DNA of 64,000 nucleotides from Raillietiella orientalis (lineage: Eukaryota), in assembly GCA_036172245.1 (NCBI GenBank), contig JAYWIR010000103.1, positions 62,001 through 126,000 on the forward strand. Reading direction: 5' to 3'. The notes beneath the pieces are model-generated. The model was not told where the DNA came from and searched no databases. It worked only from the letters and a program-made list of their open reading frames with translations. A program made the translations under genes and the position numbers. Below, piece after piece: positions 46,877 through 55,450 of this stretch. Each line of letters opens with the position of its first letter. Positions within the stretch are counted from its first letter, which is position 1.

Positions 46877-47193
46877 TCCCTTCCCTGCCCTCCAACTTCT
46901 TTTTGTTTGTTTCTTTTTATTTTACTTTTTGTCTCATCCCCATCCCCCTTTGCTGTCGGGGAGTGCCACGCCGGGCTGCGTCCCGGTGTCCCGACAGGTC
47001 CTGTGTTTACGACCGTGGTGGGGCCTTGTACCACGCATGTAAAGTTTATCAATAAACGCCCCGGGCGTACCCGGGTGGCAACGCCGAATAACCGCTGTGG
47101 AGAGCGGACGTGCTTTTCCTGCGCTCCGCCTGCGTGGCAAAGCGAGTGTTTTTTCTTCTTAAGTGATTTGTGCGTGCACATCGTCGGTGTCCG

Positions 47194-49068
47194 ATGGCAG
47201 CGTTGCCAGAGGACACCGCGATGGAAGTAGGCGTGATGGAGGCTTGTTCGTCCCCACAGCCTACTGGATCAGGGGCATCCGCCCCGGAATCGTCCCCGGC
47301 GACGCCGAGGTCCTGGAGCGCCATGGTGGCCGCGCCTAGCGTGGAAGCCATGGCCCAGATGGAAGCCTACAAGAAAGCGGGGTATAAACCCTCGCTAGTC
47401 TACAAGGTAGGCAACCTTTTCGATGGGCGAACTGCACGCGCCTTTACGAAGGCGCTGCAGGACGCCAATATTTTTGAAAAAGATCTCGACGACCTCTGCG
47501 TTCTCCGCGGCGGGCAGCGGGTCGAGGTGGTATGCAAGGATATCACCTTGGCCCGACACCTGATCACCGACCCGCTGATCGTTGATGGTCGGAAGATCTT
47601 GCCGATAACGATGGACCGCTCGGTGGTGGTCCATCTCACTGGGATCTCCAGTCGCATGACGAGGTCAGCGGTTCGAGAACAGCTTCAAAAGCACGGAGAA
47701 GTGCACGCGTTGTGGCCGAAGTCCACGATTTTCCAAGGCTACAATAGCCTTTTCGGAGGTCAAGCTGCGGCGCGTATCACGGTAAAAGAGGGTGGTGCGC
47801 TTCCCCATAAGCTGGAGGTCTGCCAAGAAGCGGTGGACCTCTGGTACGTGGGAAAACGCCAATTTTGTGGCTACTGCAATGCAGTAGGGCATCTACGAAA
47901 AAGGTGCCCGAACATTGTGTGCCACCTATGCGGCGAAAAGGGTCACGTTCGGCGCGTGTGCCCCAAGCGCCCCACCCCGGTGACCCCTGCCGCCAAAAAG
48001 GCGCAGGGAAAACGTGGAAAGCTGGTAGAAAGACCAGCTCGCGAAAATGGCCGTTCCCAACTGCCAGCCTCCCTTCCTCCCGTACAGACGTCGGAGGAAA
48101 TAGCTCCCGTGGACGCGGGAATGGAGGAGGGTTGGCAGCTGGTTCAGGCCAGAAAAGAGAAAAAAAAGAAAGTGATGATAGAAGAAAATTCGGAGAAGAA
48201 AACTGCCGGCAACAAGAAAAAAGCCGCGCCGCTTTCAAAAAAAAAACTCCACGAATGCTCGGTAGCACTGGAACGCTTAGCCGTTCCTCCCGAGTCCGCC
48301 CGCGGCAATGTTCGCGGAACAGCTGATGCGGACGCGATGAATACTCGCGTGGACGAGCCCAATCTACGTGTAGAGGGTGAGACGCGAGACTCGCGCGCCG
48401 ACAGCCAGGACGCCGCGCTCGATAAAGTCGCGGAGGAGCCCGCGGCAACGTTCGCCGTCAACGATGACGCCGCGCTCGATAAGGTCGCGGAGCAGCCCGC
48501 GGCAACGGTCGCCGCTGGCGAAGACGCGGCCTTCGAGAAAGCGGCGGAGGAGCTCGCAGCAACGCTCGCCGAGCGCGAAACCCCGTCGCGCAAGGGCGTA
48601 CGCAGGTCGGCTCCGACGAAGAAGGCCCCCGCAGGTGAGTGCGACCTGGGGGCCGGAAGCGGATCCTCCTCCTCGGAGGCACCCCCCAGGAAGTCGGGAC
48701 GCAAGTCCCAGAAACCCAGGAGGCGCCTCCCCTCCACCAGCGAGGAGGAGAAACCGGAAGGAAGCAGCAGCGTGGGAATCCCGGAGGGGGAATACCCACG
48801 CCCGGAAACCGTCGAGTCGGCCACCCCCATGGAGGAGGGAGAGCAGCGGGGTGAAGTCCTCCCTGCAGTCGCGAAACCTGAGCAGCCCGAACCCATGGAG
48901 GAAGGCGAACAGGTAGGCGCGACTCCACGTGCGGGTGATCCGGCCGACGCGCCGGCACCGATGGAGGAGGAGGAAAAGGTGCCTTCAGTACCTGTCCCTC
49001 CTCCCCCTCCACCTAGCGTCCCGTCCCAGCAGGTGGCGGAGGCCGCATCGCCGTTTTCCCTGGACTAA
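47194..49068 (+). CDS. ORF1 of A2, open frame of 624 aa
   Basis: MAALPEDTAMEV; two CCHC knuckles; 57-bp internal repeats. Confidence 0.9.
   Translation: MAALPEDTAMEVGVMEACSSPQPTGSGASAPESSPATPRSWSAMVAAPSVEAMAQMEAYKKAGYKPSLVYKVGNLFDGRTARAFTKALQDANIFEKDLDDLCVLRGGQRVEVVCKDITLARHLITDPLIVDGRKILPITMDRSVVVHLTGISSRMTRSAVREQLQKHGEVHALWPKSTIFQGYNSLFGGQAAARITVKEGGALPHKLEVCQEAVDLWYVGKRQFCGYCNAVGHLRKRCPNIVCHLCGEKGHVRRVCPKRPTPVTPAAKKAQGKRGKLVERPARENGRSQLPASLPPVQTSEEIAPVDAGMEEGWQLVQARKEKKKKVMIEENSEKKTAGNKKKAAPLSKKKLHECSVALERLAVPPESARGNVRGTADADAMNTRVDEPNLRVEGETRDSRADSQDAALDKVAEEPAATFAVNDDAALDKVAEQPAATVAAGEDAAFEKAAEELAATLAERETPSRKGVRRSAPTKKAPAGECDLGAGSGSSSSEAPPRKSGRKSQKPRRRLPSTSEEEKPEGSSSVGIPEGEYPRPETVESATPMEEGEQRGEVLPAVAKPEQPEPMEEGEQVGATPRAGDPADAPAPMEEEEKVPSVPVPPPPPPSVPSQQVAEAASPFSLD
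48409..48570 (+). repeat. Three 57-bp coding tandem repeats in A2 ORF1
   Basis: Units start at 48409, 48466 and 48523 (DAALDKVAEEPAAT / DAALDKVAEQPAAT / DAAFEKAAEELAAT). Confidence 0.9.
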
Positions 49069-49534
49069 CACCTGGGCTCGCCAGTCGCCGTCGGATTCGC
49101 GCGGCCTGTTGGAACGTCAACGGGCTGCGCGACGACGGCAACAGGCGAGATACAGCCGACACCCTGCGTGAGCTCGACCTGGCGCTGCTGCAGGAGATCC
49201 ACGTGATCACCGCGGCAGACGCCCAGGAAATCGAGACGATCGCGGGGGTCGGCTGTATTGGCGATGCGGCCTCCGCAACACCTGCGGGGTCGCGTTCTTC
49301 GTGAAGCCGGCCATCGACGCTGCCGTAAAGGGCGTGCGGTTTGATGACGACGGTCGGATCGGTCAGCTGATTCTCAGCTGGTCCGACTCGATCGACCTAA
49401 TCGTCACAAACGTGTATGGCCCCAGCGGCAAACAGGGTTACCGCGACCGCACCAGGCTGCTGGAAACCCTGAAGCGCGACTGGCTGGCGGATACCAATGT
49501 GCGAAAGGCTCACCTGATAGCGGGAGATTTCAAT
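49068..49534 (+). pseudogene. ORF2 5' segment (APE) of A2
   Basis: CWNVNGL...IAGDFN; 1-nt loss in a G run near 49245. Confidence 0.88.
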
Positions 49535-49613
49535 CGAGTGCGGACGTGTTTTTCTTCGCTCTCGTCTCCGTGCTTTCATCCGCTTCATCTTGGCGTCGTA
49601 CATTTTGACGACG

Positions 49614-51536
49614 ATGTCGACCCAACTTGAAGCTACTGAAGTTGGAGGAACAGCATCCGGATCTGCAATCGCGGAACCTCCGGCCGCCTCCACTTCGTCT
49701 TTCTCGCCAATGGAGAGGAGTTTTGCTGACGTTGCTGCCACAGCAGCCGTCAAGGGGAAACCACTCGACGAGTCGGAGTTGCGGGCATACGTAGCCCAAG
49801 GCTATAGACCTGCTCTCCGATATAAGGTGAGTGGTTTTCTTTCTGCGCGCGACGGGAATAAGTTCAACGATGAACTGACCCGTGTTGGCGTGCGGGAGGA
49901 GGACCTTCTCGCCATTATGCCCGTAAAAGACATGGGCTATTTCAAGGTGCGTTGCAAAGACGCTGCACTTGTGCAGCGCTTGCTGCGCACCCCGCTTTCG
50001 ATCCGTGCCCAGAACGTCTTCCCGGCCGCCATGGACGACTCATTTGTGGTTGAGATTTCCGACATCGAGTCGGAAATCTCCGATACTGATATTCGGAACG
50101 CGTTGGCGAAATTCGCCACGGTCCATGCGCTGTGGAGGGTGCGTAGCAACCTCAAGGACTTACCGTCCATACACAGCGGAGTCGCTGGAGTCCGGCTTAC
50201 AATGCCGGACCGCCGTCTGCTGCCCACCAAACTACAGGTGAAAGACACGGTCGTTCACCTGTGGTTCGTGGGCAAAGTAAAAACGTGCGAGCAATGCAGG
50301 AAGGAGGGGCATTGTTTGGATAAATGCCCCTCTGGAAAATGCCGTTATTGCAAACTATCCGGGCACCAATTGAAAAATTGCCCGGATCTTTTGCGAAAAA
50401 AGGCAGCCGCGGAGCTCCATTTTAAAAAACAAAGCGCGGATAAAAAGAAAAAATTTGCGAAAAACCTGGAGACCCCACGGCAGAAATTCGGTAAAAACGC
50501 GAGGCGGAATGTCGCCCCAAAGCAGCAGGAAACCTCGCACGCGAAGCCCTGCGCGCCCCCTCTCGCGGCAGGGGAGCTGCAAAAGAAAGGGTGCGGGGAA
50601 TCCGGGGCAATGGTAAGTCCCCCTAGGCGCAATAGCTGTCCTTCCCAAGCACGCCCGGCTCTCTCGGAGTTCGAGCAACCGGCGGGGACGCCAATGGACA
50701 ACGGCGGTAAGGACACTTCCAGTACCGTCAGATCCATTCCTTCACCTCCTGCAGTGGCTGAGAAGCCCAAATCGGGTAAGAAGGGTTGTGCCGTGTCGAC
50801 TTCGAAAGTCGGCAAAAAAAAATCCGCGTCGCGATCAAACACCGCGAAAGCGGAGAAAAATCTCACGCCGTCGCAGTCGGAGAGCAAGCTCTCGACTGGC
50901 GCGGATGCCATGCCAACGAAGGGATTAAAAGCCCTTCCGAAAGCAGCGTCCATGACGAGCGTGTCGGAGCCATCGAAAGTGCTCCCGTCCAAAGACGCGG
51001 ATGGCTTCAAAGATGGCAATGGAGCACAATCTCCATTTACGGCGCCACGCGAAGTGAGGAACCGTAATGAAGTAAAGAAGACTTCAGCAAAGGTCCCTCG
51101 TGCAACTGCGCGTGAGAACGCTGAAAACGCGCGCGCCGGGAAAGCAGCCGTCACCAAAAGCGATGCTCTGGTGACGGAAAACGAAAACAGGACAGCTGTC
51201 AATCCAGCAGAACCTGTCACTGCTTCGCGGAATGCCGAAACCCGATCGAACATGCGCCGGTCGGACTCCGAAATGGATGCCGTTCCGATCACCGAGACGA
51301 GGACAACTCGTTCGAAAGCGTGTGCGCGCCGATCAAAAGTAGGCAGCCAGGCAACGCTCGCCGCGAAGCAACGCGAAGTCTCCACGAAACCCGCCGGGGT
51401 TCAGCCTGGCGTGGAGGCATTACATGCATGCAGCACGACAGAGGACGGTGGCGACCGTCCCCTCCAGCCAGTCGTGCTGCTCGCCGTCTGCTCGGCGGAT
51501 AAAGCGAGCAAAAAGCTGCCACCTTCCCAGCAGTAA
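49614..51536 (+). CDS. ORF1 of D, open frame of 640 aa
   Basis: CEQCRKEGHCLDKC, CRYCKLSGHQLKNC; stop overlaps the ORF2 ATG (TAATG 51534-51538). Confidence 0.9.
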   Translation: MSTQLEATEVGGTASGSAIAEPPAASTSSFSPMERSFADVAATAAVKGKPLDESELRAYVAQGYRPALRYKVSGFLSARDGNKFNDELTRVGVREEDLLAIMPVKDMGYFKVRCKDAALVQRLLRTPLSIRAQNVFPAAMDDSFVVEISDIESEISDTDIRNALAKFATVHALWRVRSNLKDLPSIHSGVAGVRLTMPDRRLLPTKLQVKDTVVHLWFVGKVKTCEQCRKEGHCLDKCPSGKCRYCKLSGHQLKNCPDLLRKKAAAELHFKKQSADKKKKFAKNLETPRQKFGKNARRNVAPKQQETSHAKPCAPPLAAGELQKKGCGESGAMVSPPRRNSCPSQARPALSEFEQPAGTPMDNGGKDTSSTVRSIPSPPAVAEKPKSGKKGCAVSTSKVGKKKSASRSNTAKAEKNLTPSQSESKLSTGADAMPTKGLKALPKAASMTSVSEPSKVLPSKDADGFKDGNGAQSPFTAPREVRNRNEVKKTSAKVPRATARENAENARAGKAAVTKSDALVTENENRTAVNPAEPVTASRNAETRSNMRRSDSEMDAVPITETRTTRSKACARRSKVGSQATLAAKQREVSTKPAGVQPGVEALHACSTTEDGGDRPLQPVVLLAVCSADKASKKLPPSQQ

Positions 51537-54500
51537 TGCGGGGAATCGCGTCTTCTCGTCGTCTGTCCGTAACGTGTTGGAACGTGAACGGACTGCAGAA
51601 CGACGAGAAGAGGCGATTAGTAGCCAACGCCCTGCGCCCCTTCGACCTCGCGCTCCTGCAAGAGATTCACGTAATCTCCGACGAGCAGGCAGCCGAAATC
51701 GAGGAGCGCGCAGGCGGAACGCTACATTGGCGGTGCGGCGGCGCACACACGTGCAGCGTCGCGTTCCTCGTAAGAGGAAAAATAGCGGAAGCGGTGCGTA
51801 GTGTTCGTTTCGATGACAACGGACGGATAGGCCAGCTTTTCATCAAGTGGTCCGAGTCCATCGATCTCGTCGTTACGAACGTCTACGCGCCGAGTGGCTC
51901 TCGCTACCTCGAAGAAAGAGTAGCTTTCTTTGGTGAGGTGCAGAGCCAGTGGCTCAACAGCTCCGGATTCCAAGTGGCGCACCTCGTCGCTGGGGACTTC
52001 AACGTCCGCCTGCTCTCCGACGATTGGAGCCGCCCGAGGGAGCGCGCGCTGCCCATCGAGATGTGCGCGTCCGTGCACGCCGCCAACTTGATGGTCAGCG
52101 AACCTGGAATGGAAAGATCGCTCGATCACGTTTTCCTCGATGAAAACCTGCATTCGCGTGTGGGTAGGAGAGGAAGATTGTTGACTGAGCTTTCTGACCA
52201 CCACAGGTTGGAGTTTGAGATCCTTCCGCCAGGCAGGGGGCCTCCGTTGCAAAGCTGGAGGATGCAGGCGGATTGGCTTAGCCAACCGGAGGCTGCGGAG
52301 CATCTACGTGTATACCTCCGAGGCTTTGCCATTCAAGAACTTGCGGACTGGGACGATCTCAAAAGATCTGTCCGCGAGTTCTGTTGCCAATTCCCCTTGC
52401 ACCGGCTTCCACGCGGTTTCGGAGAGGGCGTGGCCAACAGTAGAGACTTTCTGCAGGCCCGCACGTTTTCGAGACGCGCGGATGTCGGGCGTCTCGCAGA
52501 GTACAAGGCGAGGGCCGAGCGCCAGGTCTGGCAGTCCGGAGCAGCATGCCTGTTGGACGACAAGGGCCAGGAATGTTCGGCCCCAGCCGAAGTACGCCGC
52601 ATTGTGTGACGCTACTACTCCTCGCTCTACGCGGAATCCCCGACGGAGGATATTCTTTCTGAGATACTCCTGTCTCAGGATGCTCGTGTTGTCGGCGAGG
52701 AGGAACGCGAACGTCTCGACGAGCCCTTCACGGCGGATGAATTTTCGTCCGCAATCGCTGGGCTGAAGAGACGAAAGGCGCCAGGCGAGGATGAGCTCCC
52801 TGCAGAGTTTTATCAGTGCTTTGCAGTGGAGCTCATTCCCTTGATGCTTAAACTCGCGACGCTGATGAGTGAATCCGGGAATGTCCCTGATTCCTTCCGC
52901 TCTGCGAAGGTGCGTCTCCTGCCGAAAGGCGGAGACTTGCGCCAACTTAACAACTGGCGTCCGATCACCTTGGTGAACTCGGACGTCAAGTTGTTTTCCA
53001 AGCTGTGGGTCGCGCGGTTAGGAAGTATCGCGGAATCTGTGGTGAGCCCGGAACAAACCTACGCGGTTCCGGGACGATCCATGGAGGCGAACATCCTTTT
53101 CGCGCGTACATGGATGCAGCTGCAGGATGTTGTGGCGCAGCAAAGCCAGGCTGCTGCGAAAGTCACTGCCGCAGGCAAAAAGAACAGGCGCCGACGGCAG
53201 GAGGGAACGCCAGGTGCCTTGGCGGTCGCAATCGATCTCCACAAGGCGTTCGACTGCGTAAACCAGAAGCTGCTTTTGGAGCTTATGGAACGCCTTGGGT
53301 TCCCGGCGCAACTCCTGCTGTATTTGCGCGCGTGCTGGCGCCACGCGCTAACCTGCATCACTTTTAGCGGCTGCCGCGTGTATGGTATTTCCGTTCGTAG
53401 GGGCATCCGACAGGGCGACAGCTTAAGCCCGTTGCTCTTCAGCATCTTCTTTGAGTTGGTGCTAAGAGCATACAGGCTGACACTGTCTCACTTGCCAAGC
53501 TCCTGCCCGGGAACGCCTGCCGTGGCCGCCTACGCTGATGACCTGCTTCTTCTGCTCCCCATGTCCACCCCGGCGTCCAGTGTCGAGGATTTCTTCGACC
53601 TGATTCGTCGGGGAGCGGGCGTGAGCGTGAACAGACAGAAGAGCGTGGTCGTTCCTGTGGGTACGTCGTGGGAGGGGCAGTCCGACTGGATCCGCCTGGG
53701 GATCCCCACGGGCGGGTACTTTAAGTACCTTGGCGTTCCGTTGGGCGCTTTCGGCGCAGCAGAAGCGTGGGCGGACTGTCTTCAGAAAGCAGAGTTGGCC
53801 ATCAGCCCGTTCTTTAACGGCAAGTTTACCTTGCAGGAACGGGCGACTATTTGGAACACCTTTGTGGCCCCCCTCCTCCGTCCCCTGTTTTTTGATTTGG
53901 ACCCCCCCTATGCGGCAAAACAGCGGGCTAAGCGCCTGCTCAGGAACGCTCTCTGGGGTCCGGCGAGATCCAGGATCCGCCTTAAAGATTTGTCAACTCC
54001 GCGTCGGGATGCTGGTTTGGGTATCCTGACAATGGAGCGAATCGGACTGCAGGTGCAGTTCCGACTGCTGGCACTGTGTGCCCAGCTATGGACATCCCCC
54101 CTGTGTGTGCCAGCTCGCATTCTCCTGCGGAGATGCGCCGGCAGCGGAGGATTTCTCTCGCTTTGGCCGGGCACTCAATACAGGAAGCGGGGTTTCGGTT
54201 TTCCATTGCGGCAGTTGACCGCACTTCTGGAAGCACACTCTTGGATCTCCTGCCGCCCAATGAACTTTGAAGCTTGGCGGCAGGAGTCTGTTGAATCCTG
54301 GGCGGCGTTCCAAGGAATACGCTCTGAAGATCTTCGCCCCCTGCGTCAATTTTTTCCACGATCCTTGGAAGAAGTACTGCAGGACGAGGTGAAGTTTTCT
54401 ACCCTGGCTGTCACGCCTCGTGCCGCAGCGCTGTCTGCCCTCAGGGCAAGAAACCACAGTTACCAACCGGCGAGGTGGGAGGTTTCCTGCACGATAGCGG

Positions 54501-55129
54501 GAAGAACCAAACTCCTTGGCACCTGGAAGACAAGTGAGTTGGCGGACGCCGCCACTCCTCGTGTTACTGCATAGGGACTCCTCCGGTGGGCAGAAGAACT
54601 TGCTGTCACCCCCGAAGAACTTGTAGTCCCTCCACAGTGTATGGACAGTTCGCTGCTCCCCCTTGCTTGGAAACAAGCCGTGCTGCTTTTCGTTCACTGG
54701 GGTTTTCAGTGCAACGAGCGTTGGCATCGTGACTCGGGGGGACTTGCGTCTGCGAACTGCGTTCGGTGCGGATCGACGGAGTCGATTCCGCACCTACTTC
54801 TGGACTGCGGTGTCCTACAAGGACTGTGGCGTAGGCTGGCAACGGCACTATTGCATCCCGTGGACACCGCAAGAGACTTGCTGCGACGATTCTTCACGCC
54901 GAGCGGGCTTTCACTAAGCGCAAGGATTGCAACCATCGGTTGCATACGCGCGATAGTTTCCGTCCGCCAGGCGTTGGTAATCAACGGACAGCACCAAGAG
55001 GTAATCAGCAAAGCATCCTTCTACATAGGAGCATCCGCTAGATGGCCTCATTTGACAGAGGAGACAAAGAGGAATCTCGCCGCAATACACCGCCGGTTTA
55101 CACACCCTCATCAGCGGCCAACCCGGTGA
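51536..55129 (+). pseudogene. ORF2 of D, single frame of about 1197 codons with two in-frame stops (52607, 54572)
   Basis: Pieces starting at 51536, 52826 and 54641 share one frame; APE, RT (YADD) and CVRC..H...C motifs present. Confidence 0.93.
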
Positions 55130-55450
55130 TCATTGCCCTACCCTCCATAAACTAAATTTGGATTTTCTTTTTACACCCGCGTCCCCATAGGCTCCGAAAC
55201 ATTTCAGGTGCTCATCGTATAAATCCCCGTGAGTACGGAGCCTAACCAAAAACCCGTTAATCTTCCCTCCAGTTTTTGATTTTTGTTTGTTTCCCCTCAT
55301 TCCCCCGACGCTGCGAGCGGTTTGTTTACCAGGCCTGCGTGCCGGTAATTTTTCAATGTTCTCTGTCGTTCTGTTGGTTAAGGACATTGTCCCTGACCAG
55401 TTTATTATTATTAATAAACGCCCCGGCGTGACCGGGTGATAAATTTCAAT

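Larger units (their letters stand above)
41441..47081 (+). mobile_element. Full-length subfamily A copy A1 (5641 bp)
   Basis: 5' CGAGTGGACGTGT; ORF1, ORF2; 3' AATAAACGCCCCGGGCGTACCCGGGTGGCAA; both flanks begin CGCCGAAT. Confidence 0.95.
49535..55442 (+). mobile_element. Full-length divergent subfamily D element (5908 bp) with 8-bp TSD ATTTCAAT
   Basis: TSD at 49527-49534 and 55443-55450; 5' CGAGTGCGGACGTGT; 3' AATAAACGCCCCGGCGTGACCGGGTGATAA. Confidence 0.95.

Noticed and set aside
46953..47081. 3' UTR or 5' end as a known ribozyme (HDV-like, hammerhead, pistol)
   Set aside because: I found no CUGAUGA/GAAA core, no HDV nested double pseudoknot and no pistol topology by eye; kept only as an unclassified structure.
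47194..49068. ORF1 as LTR-retrotransposon or retroviral Gag
   Set aside because: No LTRs, protease, RNase H or integrase; CCHC knuckles are normal for L1/Tx1 ORF1.
49050..49070. Canonical -1 slippery heptamer at the ORF1/ORF2 junction
   Set aside because: No conserved X XXY YYZ heptamer across A copies; frameshifting is not excluded but is unsupported.
52607..54574. In-frame stops as programmed readthrough or an alternative genetic code
   Set aside because: Stop positions differ between copies and mostly correspond to single-base changes from sense codons in homologous copies.
55413..55442. Terminal hairpin as a Helitron 3' end
   Set aside because: No CTRR terminus, TSDs are present, and the elements encode APE-RT rather than Rep/helicase.
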